A stretch of DNA of 64,000 bases from a virus: the IMG/VR virus record IMGVR_UViG_3300023184_007611, positions 37,046 through 101,045 of that record; one strand, given 5' to 3'. A program made the position numbers and the translations under genes. Of this stretch, positions 1-12,953 are shown in pieces. Position 1 is the stretch's first letter; each line of letters begins with the position of its first letter. Under the pieces are notes generated by a model that had not been told where the DNA came from, searched no databases, and saw only the letters and a program-made list of their open reading frames with translations.

Positions 1-1
1 A

Positions 2-304
2 CCAGTAAAACCTTTGCCAAATAGAGAAAATATAGTTATTTCAAAAAGTTACAAAATAAATTCTCTTCAAAAGGCTCTGGATTATTGTTGGGATAAAAAC
101 CAAATTCCTTTTATTATTGGTGGTTCATCAATTTACCAAGAAGCAATAAATCATCCAAGTTTAGATGGTTTGTTTTTAACTTTAATTCATGGATGTCACA
201 AAGCAGATGTATTTTTTCCAGTAATACCAGAGAATTTAAAAATAATGTCTGGAGAACATTATTTTAGGTATTCTATATTTACTTTTGTTAACAAAATCAA
301 TTAA
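2..304 (+). CDS. folA: Dihydrofolate reductase, C-terminal part (5'-truncated by window edge)
   Basis: Frame is open from base 2: PVKPLPNRENIVIS ... IIGGSSIYQEA ... ADVFFP are DHFR motifs. Confidence 0.88.
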   Translation, partial: PVKPLPNRENIVISKSYKINSLQKALDYCWDKNQIPFIIGGSSIYQEAINHPSLDGLFLTLIHGCHKADVFFPVIPENLKIMSGEHYFRYSIFTFVNKIN

Positions 305-313
305 ATTTTTTAA

Positions 314-2044
314 TTAAGTTTTTATAGCAAAAGTCGTATAACCTTCAAAAGATGCAGTACATTGAACCCAATTAGAACCGCTTGCTATTAATTGAACAGG
401 AGAAGAACATTTATACCCAGAATAACTTCCATTTTGATTTTGCCCTAATTCACCGAAAAGATTTCTTCCCCAACTCCATAATGTTCCATCTTTTTTTATT
501 CCAATTGTATAAGTAGCACCACATGAAACTTGCAACCAATTATTTCCAATTGCCTTTACAGGTGAGTAATTAAATTCTTGATTACTTGTTTGATTGTTTC
601 CAAATTGTCCAAAGCCATTAGTGCCCCAACACCAAAGTGTTCCATTTTTTTTAATCGCTGCTGTATGAGTTTTACCTAAAGATATTTGGTCCCAGCCTGT
701 TCCAATTTGGCGAATTTTAGGATTGCCATCATCTTCGCCTTTTTGATAGTTTAAACCCCAAGTCCAAAGTGTTCCATTTTTTTTAATCGCTGCTATTTTG
801 TTGTAACCACAGAAAACCTTATCCCAATCATTTCCACCAATTTTTGTTTGAAATGGTGCTCCTAATGATTGTATTCCTGAATTAGTCCACAAGAATCCTG
901 ATAAATTAGATCCCCATACCCAAAGTGTACCATTTGTTTTAACTGCTGTTGTTATGTAATGGCCACAAGATACTTGCTTCCAGTTATTACCAAATGCTAC
1001 AGTTTGAGTTGGAGATGATCTTCCAGTCCTATAATCATTCCAACCATTTCCTAATTCCCCATATAAATTTAACCCCCAAGTCCAAAGTGTTCCATTTTTT
1101 TTAATGCCTGCTGTGTGGTAGCTTCCACAAGAAATTTGCTCCCAGTTAAAATCTTTGTCGCAAGTTTGAACTGGCTCTTTTACAAAATTATCTTTATCTG
1201 GCTTATTTATATCAACACTTTTATTATCTCCAAGTTGATTGTATAAAAATGACCCCCAACACCACAATGTTCCGTTTGTTTTAATTCCTGCTGTATGTTG
1301 AACTCCACATGATACTTCTTTCCATTTATCTGTTCCAATTATAGTTTGAATAGGAGAACTTTTATCAATTGAATTACCGTTTCCTAATTGATATGAATCG
1401 TTTCTTCCGAATCCCCATAATGTACCATAAGAAGTTGGAGTTGGTGCTTCTGGAGGCAAAGGACGACTTATTATTTGTGATTTTTCGGCAATTACATATC
1501 CTGGCTTTTTCCAAGTGCAATAATTATCTTCTGGACTATAAATATATATTTTACAAGTCCTTATAAATTCAAATTTTTTAAGTCTTCTATTGTAATAATA
1601 AAAGTTTATATCTCTTTTTATTGGAAATTTAATGTCTTTACATTTTGAAATTCCGTAATATGATGAATTTTTTAAATCTTTTGAATAAAAATAACTTTCT
1701 GGCACTGGATCTTTAGTTTCTATGGTTATTTTAATTGAATACTTAATCCAAGGAAGTCCAATTTTGCATTTAGAATTATTGCATTTTCCTAAACTTACTG
1801 TTACTCCAACATTATAGTCTGTATAGTCACTTTTAATAGGCAATCGTAATCCTTGGATTATATAATTTTTATAATCTCTATGCATAATAAATCCGTCCCA
1901 ATTACTAAGCTCATTAGTCTCTGGTTTTAATGAAAAAATATGATTTCCAAACTTTGGGTTCTCAATTAGAACATTTAAAAGTTTTCCTTTTTTTAAATTA
2001 TCTCCTCTAAGACAATCAAACCAAGGTGTATTCTTAGATGCCAT
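314..2044 (-). CDS. RCC1/BLIP-II repeat beta-propeller protein with unknown N-terminal domain
   Basis: Repeated W-x-Q-V-S-C-G-x-x-H-T-x-x-I-K-x-(N/D)-G-T-L-W-x-W-G-x-N-x-x-G-(Q/E)-L-G units. Confidence 0.85.
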   Translation of the reverse strand: MASKNTPWFDCLRGDNLKKGKLLNVLIENPKFGNHIFSLKPETNELSNWDGFIMHRDYKNYIIQGLRLPIKSDYTDYNVGVTVSLGKCNNSKCKIGLPWIKYSIKITIETKDPVPESYFYSKDLKNSSYYGISKCKDIKFPIKRDINFYYYNRRLKKFEFIRTCKIYIYSPEDNYCTWKKPGYVIAEKSQIISRPLPPEAPTPTSYGTLWGFGRNDSYQLGNGNSIDKSSPIQTIIGTDKWKEVSCGVQHTAGIKTNGTLWCWGSFLYNQLGDNKSVDINKPDKDNFVKEPVQTCDKDFNWEQISCGSYHTAGIKKNGTLWTWGLNLYGELGNGWNDYRTGRSSPTQTVAFGNNWKQVSCGHYITTAVKTNGTLWVWGSNLSGFLWTNSGIQSLGAPFQTKIGGNDWDKVFCGYNKIAAIKKNGTLWTWGLNYQKGEDDGNPKIRQIGTGWDQISLGKTHTAAIKKNGTLWCWGTNGFGQFGNNQTSNQEFNYSPVKAIGNNWLQVSCGATYTIGIKKDGTLWSWGRNLFGELGQNQNGSYSGYKCSSPVQLIASGSNWVQCTASFEGYTTFAIKT

Positions 2045-2147
2045 TTATTTCCTTTTATTTTTTAAAAAATTATAAATACTCTTAGATAAACAAATATTAC
2101 TTTAATTATTTATTAAACTTACAAATTTTTAAAAAATAATAATACAT

Positions 2148-5057
<2,910 letters not shown>

Positions 5058-5074
5058 AATAAATGTTATATTTT

Positions 5075-5118
5075 AAATAAAAAAAGCCATCTTAATTAAA
5101 AAGATGGCTTTTTTATTT
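5075..5118. terminator. Bidirectional intrinsic terminator between convergent genes
   Basis: aaataaaaaaagccatctt-aattaaa-aagatggcttttttattt inverted repeat with A and T tracts on both sides. Confidence 0.85.
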
Positions 5119-5138
5119 ACTTTTATTTGGTTTAATAT

Positions 5139-5483
5139 TTATAAATTAAAGCTGCTTCCGCAACCACAAGTTGATTTTGCACTTGGATTAACTACTTTAA
5201 ATCCTCTTTCGTTCATATCATCAAGATAATCAATAGTCGCACCATTAATGTACATCACGCTTCTCTTATCTATAATTACACCAACTTCATTTATTTCATA
5301 AGATTCATCTAACTTATCGTTTATTTCTTCATCAATTGTGAGTTTGTATTGAAATCCAGAGCATCCACCTCCAACAACACGAACTCTTAGGTATTGTTTT
5401 TTATCATTATTATTATCATTTTTTTGTTCTTCAACAATACGCTTTATTTCACTTTTCGCTCTTTCGGTAATTAATATTGACAT
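5139..5483 (-). CDS. iscA: A-type Fe-S cluster carrier (IscA/ErpA/HesB family)
   Basis: LRVRVVGGGCSGFQY and NPSAKSTCGCGSSF motifs. Confidence 0.93.
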   Translation of the reverse strand: MSILITERAKSEIKRIVEEQKNDNNNDKKQYLRVRVVGGGCSGFQYKLTIDEEINDKLDESYEINEVGVIIDKRSVMYINGATIDYLDDMNERGFKVVNPSAKSTCGCGSSFNL

Positions 5484-5511
5484 AGTTAATCCTTTCTTTT
5501 GATTAATTAAT

Positions 5512-6417
5512 TTAGTTACTATGTTTGATTCTTTTAATTAAATCTAGTATGGCTAAGTCTTTGCCTTTTAATTCTACATCAAACATAATATTTTTACCAT
5601 GAGAATTTGGTATTTCTTTTGCCATTTCTGCATGTGCTTTAGTGCCGTCTTTTGATTCACTATAATGAAAAAGAGGTTGGCAATTCCAAGTTTTGTATGC
5701 CAGATCAAAGGCTTCTTTTTCTGATAAATTATCAGCAAGAAATTTATGATGTAAGCAATCAAAAGTAATAGGAATGTTATATCTTTGGTAAAATATTTCA
5801 ACTAATTTTTTAGTACTCCAAACACCTTTAACATTATCATTGTTTTCTAGCACCAATCTTTTTCTTACGCCATCAGATAATTTTTGAAAATTTTTCATGA
5901 ATTCCTTAGACAATTCTTCTTCATTGCCATCTTTTCTAATATGGATATTTAGAGGTGACAGGTAATTCAAAGGTAATTCAAGTCTGTTAAATATATCGGC
6001 ATGTAATTCAAGGTCATTAATTGAATTAGAAATTGTACTTGGGTTTTCAGAAGTAAGACTTATGTACTCACTTGGATGAGCAGAAATTCTTATTCCATTT
6101 GATTTAATGAAGTATTTAATTTGATTTAACAAAAAATTTATATCTTTTACATTTGGTAAATCATCAATTTTCATACATATATCAGGATGATTAAGCAAAG
6201 GAAATAAATCGCTACTAATTCTATAACCAGAAATGCCAATATTTACACATTGTTTTATTGTTTTAAAACAAACTTCTAGATTATGCAAAGAAATAAGTCC
6301 TATTTTATTAATTGCTTCATTTTTACTTATACTAGAAAAGCTTTTATAAGTAATTCTTCTGAATCTAGTGCCTTCTTTGGCTAAGATATTAGAAATACAA
6401 CAAAGTGATAAATTCAT
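5512..6417 (-). CDS. uvsE: UV-damage endonuclease (UvsE/UVDE)
   Basis: YRISSDLFP, RISAHPSEY, LVLENND, ITFDCLHH, FHYSE, HA, DVELKGKD motifs; start taken at MNLSLCC (6417). Confidence 0.9.
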   Translation of the reverse strand: MNLSLCCISNILAKEGTRFRRITYKSFSSISKNEAINKIGLISLHNLEVCFKTIKQCVNIGISGYRISSDLFPLLNHPDICMKIDDLPNVKDINFLLNQIKYFIKSNGIRISAHPSEYISLTSENPSTISNSINDLELHADIFNRLELPLNYLSPLNIHIRKDGNEEELSKEFMKNFQKLSDGVRKRLVLENNDNVKGVWSTKKLVEIFYQRYNIPITFDCLHHKFLADNLSEKEAFDLAYKTWNCQPLFHYSESKDGTKAHAEMAKEIPNSHGKNIMFDVELKGKDLAILDLIKRIKHSN

Positions 6418-6568
6418 AATAATTTCTATTTTGTTAGATATACAAAAAACAACTTTCCACAAGGTAAATATAATTAATTTTTTAAATAAGTCAATAATAA
6501 TTCATGTTAATAAATAAAATGTTAGTATGTTAATGTAATATAAAGATGCAATTTTTAACAAGGATACA

Positions 6569-7183
6569 ATGCTTTTAGATTTAATAGGATTAATTAAAAA
6601 ATACAACATGAAAATAAAAGGTGTTATTCATATTGGATCACATCATGGTCAAGAAAATAATTTATACAACTTAATTGGTATTAATAATAGAATTTTTTTT
6701 GAACCTCTAGCTTCTAATTTTTCAGTATTAGAAAAAAACATAGGATCTGAATATACATTAGTTAAAAAAGCTTTGGGCAATGAAAATAAAAAAGTCAGCA
6801 TGTATGTAGAAAAAGCAAATTCAGGACAATCAAGTTCAATATTAAAACCAATGCTTCATTTGAAGCAATATCCAAATATAGTTTTTAACGATACTGAAAT
6901 TGTTGATATGATAAGACTAGATTCTTTTGAAGAAGACTTAACAAACTATAATTTTATAGTTATTGATGTTCAAGGGTACGAATTAGAAGTTTTTAAAGGG
7001 GCAAAAAATACTCTTGAGAACATTGATTATATAATATCTGAGATAAATAGAGATGAATTATATGAAAACTGTGCTAAAATAGAACAACTAATTGAATTTT
7101 TGAGTAATTATGGATTTGAATTTATTGAACATAATTGGGTTGGGGGAACATGGGGAGACGGACTTTTTATAAAAAGTAAATAA
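6569..7183 (+). CDS. FkbM-family SAM methyltransferase
   Basis: GVIHIGSHHGQE, FFEP, IDVQGYELEVFKGA motifs. Confidence 0.88.
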   Translation: MLLDLIGLIKKYNMKIKGVIHIGSHHGQENNLYNLIGINNRIFFEPLASNFSVLEKNIGSEYTLVKKALGNENKKVSMYVEKANSGQSSSILKPMLHLKQYPNIVFNDTEIVDMIRLDSFEEDLTNYNFIVIDVQGYELEVFKGAKNTLENIDYIISEINRDELYENCAKIEQLIEFLSNYGFEFIEHNWVGGTWGDGLFIKSK

Positions 7184-7186
7184 CTT

Positions 7187-7990
7187 ATGATAAGCATATT
7201 AAATTTTGGAAACATGGTAAGACTAGGAAATCAAATTTTTCAATTTGCTTTAATGTTTGCAATTAATAAAGATAAGAAATATTCTATATCTCTTCCTAAA
7301 GGGAAAAACAATAAGGGAGAAGATATTCAATTTTGGAAATGTTTTGATATTCAAAATATAAAAATACATAATTTTAAAGAAGATGATTTTGATTATTACA
7401 TTCAAGAAGATAATGGATGTTATAATTTTGATAAAGATATTTTGCAGCAAGAAGATGATTTAATTTTTGATGGTTGTTTTCAATCGTATCTTTATTTTGA
7501 TAAATATAAAAAAGAATTAATAAAATGTTTAAAATTTAAAAATAATATTATTAAAAAAGGCAATGATAAGTTATCAAAATATAAAACTCCACTTACCAGT
7601 ATTCATGTTAGAAGAACAGATTATTTAAATCATCCTTGCTGGGGAGATTTAATCAAAGAAGGATATTATGAAAAAGCGATTGAAAACATAAAAGACAATG
7701 AAGAAGTTTTAGTATTTTCAGATGATGTTAATTTTGTTAAAGATTATTTTAAAAATAAGAAAAATTTTAATATTATTGACGAAGACGAATATATTTCTTT
7801 GTACATGATGACAAAATGTGAAAAGCATATAATTGCCAATAGTAGTTTTTCATGGATGGGTGCATATTTAAGTGGAAAAGAAAATATCACTTGTCCCAAT
7901 CCTTGGTTTCCTTCTTTTTTCCCAAAGCCAAATAACATTCAAAAAGATATAACTAAACCAAATTGGAGAAAAATAAATGTCTTTAAATAA
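7187..7990 (+). CDS. Alpha-1,2-fucosyltransferase (GT11)
   Basis: RLGNQIFQFA, SIHVRRTDY, VFSDD, IIANSSFSWMGAYL. Confidence 0.9.
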   Translation: MISILNFGNMVRLGNQIFQFALMFAINKDKKYSISLPKGKNNKGEDIQFWKCFDIQNIKIHNFKEDDFDYYIQEDNGCYNFDKDILQQEDDLIFDGCFQSYLYFDKYKKELIKCLKFKNNIIKKGNDKLSKYKTPLTSIHVRRTDYLNHPCWGDLIKEGYYEKAIENIKDNEEVLVFSDDVNFVKDYFKNKKNFNIIDEDEYISLYMMTKCEKHIIANSSFSWMGAYLSGKENITCPNPWFPSFFPKPNNIQKDITKPNWRKINVFK

Positions 7991-8960
7991 AAAAGCATTA
8001 GTTTTAGGAGCAGGGGGATTCATTGGATCTCATTTGGTAAAAAATCTAAAAATAAAAGGCTATTATGTAAAAGGCGTTGACATAAAACATCCTGAATTTT
8101 CAAGTAGTTTGGCTGATGAATTTATGATTGGTGATTTAAAACAACAATGGTTTTGTGATAAGGTATTTAATGAAAGATTCAATGAAGTATATCAACTTGC
8201 AGCAGACATGGGAGGTGCTGGTTATATTTTTACTGGCGATAATGATGCTAATATTATGACTAACTCAGCATTAATTAATTTAAATGTTATAGAAAGATGT
8301 GTTAGCACACAAGTTGGAAAAGTTTTCTATTCTTCTTCTGCGTGTATTTATCCTGCTTATAATCAAGTAGATCCAGAAAATCCAAAATGCTCAGAAGATT
8401 CAGCTTATCCAGCTGAACCAGACAGTGAATATGGATGGGAAAAACTATTCAGTGAAAGGCTTTATCTTTCTTATCATAAAAATTATAACTTAAATGTAAG
8501 AATAGCAAGGCTTCATAACATTTTTGGCCCTGAAGGAAGTTGGAATAATGGAAAAGAAAAAGCCCCAGCAGCATTATGTAGAAAAATAGCAGAAGCAGAT
8601 TCTATTGTTGATGTTTGGGGCGATGGCAAACAAACTCGGTCTTTTCTTTATATTGATGAATGTTTAGAAGCTATCGAAAGATTTATTGAATCTGATTTTA
8701 CTGGTCCTGTTAACATTGGTTCAGAAGAAATGATTTCAATAAATGATTTAACTAATATGATTATTAGCATATCAGGTAAAAATTTAACTATAAATAATAT
8801 AAAAGGTCCTACTGGAGTTAGAGGAAGAAATTCAGACAATAAATTATATTTTAAAAATATTGGTTGGAAACCAGATTGCAAATTAAAAGATGGAATAGAA
8901 AAAACATTTAATTGGATTAGTAACCAGCTAAAAAAATCTATTAATCAGAAAATATCTTAG
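7977..8960 (+). CDS. NAD-dependent epimerase, GDP-mannose 3,5-epimerase-like
   Basis: GAGGFIGSHL, LAADMGGAG, SSSACIYP, YGWEKL, GKEKAPAALCRK. Confidence 0.9.
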   Translation: MSLNKKALVLGAGGFIGSHLVKNLKIKGYYVKGVDIKHPEFSSSLADEFMIGDLKQQWFCDKVFNERFNEVYQLAADMGGAGYIFTGDNDANIMTNSALINLNVIERCVSTQVGKVFYSSSACIYPAYNQVDPENPKCSEDSAYPAEPDSEYGWEKLFSERLYLSYHKNYNLNVRIARLHNIFGPEGSWNNGKEKAPAALCRKIAEADSIVDVWGDGKQTRSFLYIDECLEAIERFIESDFTGPVNIGSEEMISINDLTNMIISISGKNLTINNIKGPTGVRGRNSDNKLYFKNIGWKPDCKLKDGIEKTFNWISNQLKKSINQKIS

Positions 8961-9369
8961 AATTTTTTTTTAAAATAAGAACAATTGCTTCAAGCATTAC
9001 ATAATAACAAACTGTGTTTACTTCTTTTTTTACTTTTCTTGTTTTTACAATTGGCATTTTTTCTATTATGTCTTTCATTTTCTTGTTATTTTTAAATTTT
9101 TCTTTTACAAACTCAAGTAAATCCTTGTCTTCAAATTTTTTAAACATAGAAAGTAGTTCTTTTGATAAAGAAACTTGTCCTTCGTACATAGCTGGATTGT
9201 TATTTTTTAAAGTAACATAGTTTTCAACACCTGTGTAATTATAAAGTAGGCCATTGTAGCATTTTACATATTTATCTGCGTCAAAATTATCCCCAAAAGC
9301 TTCATTTATAACACTTAACATTCTATCTCTAAATAGCTTGTAAAATTTATTTATTTTATCTATATTCAT
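8941..9369 (-). CDS. Hypothetical protein
   Basis: 142-aa ORF with AAGGA SD, fits gene tiling. Confidence 0.6.
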   Translation of the reverse strand: MNIDKINKFYKLFRDRMLSVINEAFGDNFDADKYVKCYNGLLYNYTGVENYVTLKNNNPAMYEGQVSLSKELLSMFKKFEDKDLLEFVKEKFKNNKKMKDIIEKMPIVKTRKVKKEVNTVCYYVMLEAIVLILKKNSKIFSD

Positions 9370-9471
9370 AAAGTTCCTTAATTTTATTGTTAATTTATTT
9401 AGTTTTTTTTAAACAATATAGATATTTTATTTTGTATTAAATTAAAATATTATTTTCAAAGGTGTGTTGTT

Positions 9472-10026
9472 ATGAATATCATTAAAAAAATCATCGAATC
9501 AGTTAGTGGCTTTAAAAAGAATAATATAATTAATAAAATAGAGCCTAAAAAACAAAACTATTCTCATTTAGAAAAATTTATTAATAACAGCAAGGAAGCT
9601 TTTAATTCTATGAATTTTTCTTTATCAAAATTAAATGATGCTTCTAAAATACCAAATGGATGTCCTAAAAAAAACAATGAAGCAATTGCTAATCAAATAA
9701 AAGCATTAAAAAACATCACTTTGATATTTAAAAAAATTATGATTAACATTAGCGAAACAAAAAATTTCTTAAATATTAATGAACCAATAAAAGAAATTGA
9801 AATATTAAATAATGATTTTATTATTATTGAAAAAATTAATTTGTTTTTAGGAAGTGTAAAAGACGATGAATCTTTAATAGGAAAACTACTTTATGCAAAA
9901 CAAGAAAAAGACATAAAAAGAAAAAAATATGTTTTGAGAAATCAAATAAATAGACTTAAAAATAAATTAAACAATTTAAATGAAATAATTAAAAGAATAG
10001 AAAAAATTTACATTGATAAAATTTGA
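9472..10026 (+). CDS. Hypothetical protein (helical/coiled-coil)
   Basis: 184-aa ORF with AAGG SD. Confidence 0.55.
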   Translation: MNIIKKIIESVSGFKKNNIINKIEPKKQNYSHLEKFINNSKEAFNSMNFSLSKLNDASKIPNGCPKKNNEAIANQIKALKNITLIFKKIMINISETKNFLNINEPIKEIEILNNDFIIIEKINLFLGSVKDDESLIGKLLYAKQEKDIKRKKYVLRNQINRLKNKLNNLNEIIKRIEKIYIDKI

Positions 10027-10028
10027 TG

Positions 10029-10670
10029 TTAAGGACATGGAAATTTTTTCTTACCACAAGATGCTTCTATTGCTGCAATTCTAGCAACAAGAGCATCAAT
10101 TGCTTCTTGACATTTCTCAAGATCTTTTATATCTTTGTTTTTTATATTTTTAGCACTTTTTAAATTAGCTTCTGCGTTTGACAGTGTTCCCTCTAGAGTT
10201 AAATTGGTTTTTTTTATTGATTCTATTTCAGAAATTCTTTTCAATATTTGTTGATTAATTTTATTTTGACATCTTTCTATTGCTCCTGGTCCAGCTTGTG
10301 AAGCACTTTGAACACATAAATTTCTTTCTTCTTCAAGAGTTTTTATGCTGTTGTTTTTTTCTTTAATTGTTGCTTTATTACTTTCAATACTAGCATTTAT
10401 TCCATCTAACACTTTCTGAGCATTGTCTATAGCTTTATCATATTTATTTGCTGTAATCCTCGATTGAATATTATTTTTTGTTGTTTCTTTGCTTGCTTTT
10501 TGTGAAAGCAAATGAGGAATACTGCAGAATGTATCTTTTGTGCATTCTGGAGTAGTAGTAGGTTTCTTAGTAGTTGTAGGCTTAACAGTAGTGCTAGGTT
10601 CTGTTGTTGTGGAAGATGCAAAATTTAAGCCTATGATTTTTCTATTAATATTTTTATGTATTTTTTTCAT
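10029..10670 (-). CDS. Thr-linker + Cys-bracketed coiled-coil protein
   Basis: Basic N-terminus, TTTEP linker, heptad region, C-terminal SCG..PCP. Confidence 0.65.
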   Translation of the reverse strand: MKKIHKNINRKIIGLNFASSTTTEPSTTVKPTTTKKPTTTPECTKDTFCSIPHLLSQKASKETTKNNIQSRITANKYDKAIDNAQKVLDGINASIESNKATIKEKNNSIKTLEEERNLCVQSASQAGPGAIERCQNKINQQILKRISEIESIKKTNLTLEGTLSNAEANLKSAKNIKNKDIKDLEKCQEAIDALVARIAAIEASCGKKKFPCP

Positions 10671-10749
10671 TTTATCCTAATTTTAAATTTTATAATTAAA
10701 TTATATATTATTGAATAAATAAATTTATCATTTTTAAAATATATAAGAT

Positions 10750-11262
10750 ATGATAAATATTGCATTTTTAATTATGATTAAGTATAATATTTATTTGCAA
10801 GAAATTAAATACAAAAAAGAAATTGAAGAAATTCACATTAATTGTCAACTAAGATTCCCAAATGATAAAGATAAATGTTCTATCGAAAGTCTTATAAGTG
10901 AATACTTAGAATCTAAAATAAATAATTATCCAGTTATGAGTCATGCTTATCATTTTGGTTATATAGGAAGATGCTGCACTAGAGAAATATTAGTATTCAA
11001 TCAAAGTTATCAATCATATTGTAAATATAAAATAGAAACTGGCAATCAATATGAAATAAATTTTTACTCAAATGCTTTAAGAGAAGCACAAGAACTTTAT
11101 AAATGCTACGATTTATTAGATGATTCTTTTTGTGATGGGTTTTCTATGATAAGAAGAAGAAGATCTCTTAATGATTTAAAAAAATTAATTGGGGAAGAAA
11201 GTTTTTATAAAGGAATACTTCCTCCATCAATTCCAATTTGGCGTTTTAAAATAGTTGAATAA
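10750..11262 (+). CDS. Hypothetical protein (C-terminal LKKLIGEESFYKGILPPSIPIWRF motif)
   Basis: 170-aa ORF; C-terminal motif recalled from uncharacterised Planctomycete proteins (unverified). Confidence 0.6.
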   Translation: MINIAFLIMIKYNIYLQEIKYKKEIEEIHINCQLRFPNDKDKCSIESLISEYLESKINNYPVMSHAYHFGYIGRCCTREILVFNQSYQSYCKYKIETGNQYEINFYSNALREAQELYKCYDLLDDSFCDGFSMIRRRRSLNDLKKLIGEESFYKGILPPSIPIWRFKIVE

Positions 11263-11270
11263 ACTAATCT

Positions 11271-11921
11271 TTAAACATTTTGTGGAGTTAGCCTATAATC
11301 AATTATTTTCATTAATAAATTAAATTCTCTCGTGCCATATAAGTAGAAATCACCACACTTGTTACTACCATGAAAACTTACTGGTAACTCTATGTAATTT
11401 ATATCTTCAAATCTCAAGTGTCTTTTTAATTTACTATTTCTAAATTCATTAGATTTTTTTGTATTAGTATAAAGATTAACGCCAAATAATTTTTCTTGCT
11501 GTTTAATCAAAATATCAATTCCATGTACAGTATCTAATTTCATGTCATATATAACATTTTGATATAGACCACTTTCCTTTAACATTAAAGAAAAATGCAA
11601 ATCTCTTACCAAAGAAGGATAAGTTCTAAATATCCTTGCTTTAAGTCCTGAGATAATATCATTTGAAAGCTTTTGTTGCTTAAGCCATTCTAAGTTTAAC
11701 TTAACATAAGCATTTGCGAAATCATTTTGATCTAAAACTTTTTGGTTAATCAAAATGTTTTCATAAAAACAATTTAAAAACATTGGAAACTGAATTTTAT
11801 GTTCTACATCATGATTCCTGCACTGCATAAAACTTAATTTATAATTTTTAATTGTCTCTTCAATATCATTTGATGTTAAGTAAATCTTATCTAATAAGTT
11901 GTCAAATTCATTGATATCCAT
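11271..11921 (-). CDS. Type II restriction endonuclease-like protein (TaqI-family-like)
   Basis: RIFRTYPSLVRDLHF ... LDTVHGIDILI pattern; AGGAG SD; no adjacent DNA methylase. Confidence 0.5.
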   Translation of the reverse strand: MDINEFDNLLDKIYLTSNDIEETIKNYKLSFMQCRNHDVEHKIQFPMFLNCFYENILINQKVLDQNDFANAYVKLNLEWLKQQKLSNDIISGLKARIFRTYPSLVRDLHFSLMLKESGLYQNVIYDMKLDTVHGIDILIKQQEKLFGVNLYTNTKKSNEFRNSKLKRHLRFEDINYIELPVSFHGSNKCGDFYLYGTREFNLLMKIIDYRLTPQNV

Positions 11922-12067
11922 AGAATCTCCTAGTTAATGGAATTATTATAATATTTAATTTTGGTAATTGCAAGATAATATTATAAATCACTTTATTTTA
12001 TTGACATTAGATTGATTGTGTTTTATAAAACAATTGAATAAAAATTAAGTTTAAAAAAGGAATAACA

Positions 12068-12892
12068 ATGATTATTGTACATGATGGAAGAGCACACGAA
12101 GATGATTTCCTAGCTACTTGTGTTTTGATTTATAAAACAAATCAAAGGGCTTTAAGAACTAAATTTACTTCAGAACACTTGGAAAATTCAGAATATTGGG
12201 TTGTTGATCAAGGATTATCTTTTAATACACAATTACATAATTTTGATCATCATCACATAAAGGAAGAAATTTGTGGGTTTACTATGGTTCTAGATTATTT
12301 TTATGGGAAAACCTATAGAGAAGATTTTCCCCAGCTTAGATTTGTTGAGATATATGATAGCTATGGTTCAAAATCAGCAGCAAAATTTGCCAAAGTATCA
12401 GAAGAAAGTTTAAGTGTAATTCATAGTCCTATTCGTAATTCTATTATCTCAGTGTTCTCTAAAATAAATGGGGAAATTAATGATCCAATGTATTCAGTAA
12501 TGAAGGAAATTGGAAAATCTATTTGCGAAGAAATTGAGAATTGTAAGAAATTAATGCAAATGATTGAAAATGGCGTACAATATTATTCTTTTGAAAACAT
12601 TAAGATATTGGATGTTACTAATTGCAAATTAGATGAAGGTTTTAAAATTGAGAACTTACCTACTAGAAAATATTGCAAGGATAAAAAAATTGAAGTCGAT
12701 GTCGTTCTCACCATAGATAGCAGAAATTCAAACGGTGGATATAGAATGGTTAGTAACAATATTGATGTAATTAAATTTCTTCCTAATGAAAAATCTTATT
12801 TCTGTCATAATAGCGGGTTTTTAATAGCATTTAATAATCTTGATGATTACAAGGAAATAATCATGAATTATATTGAGAAATCGAAAAACTGA
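12068..12892 (+). CDS. MYG1-family (DHH-like) exonuclease
   Basis: IVHDGRAHEDDFLA, VVDQG, NFDHHH motifs; TTGACA promoter at 12001. Confidence 0.78.
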   Translation: MIIVHDGRAHEDDFLATCVLIYKTNQRALRTKFTSEHLENSEYWVVDQGLSFNTQLHNFDHHHIKEEICGFTMVLDYFYGKTYREDFPQLRFVEIYDSYGSKSAAKFAKVSEESLSVIHSPIRNSIISVFSKINGEINDPMYSVMKEIGKSICEEIENCKKLMQMIENGVQYYSFENIKILDVTNCKLDEGFKIENLPTRKYCKDKKIEVDVVLTIDSRNSNGGYRMVSNNIDVIKFLPNEKSYFCHNSGFLIAFNNLDDYKEIIMNYIEKSKN

Positions 12893-12953
12893 TGATTTAT
12901 GTAAATATTTTAAATGGTAGGTAATAATTATATATTTATATAATACATAATTC

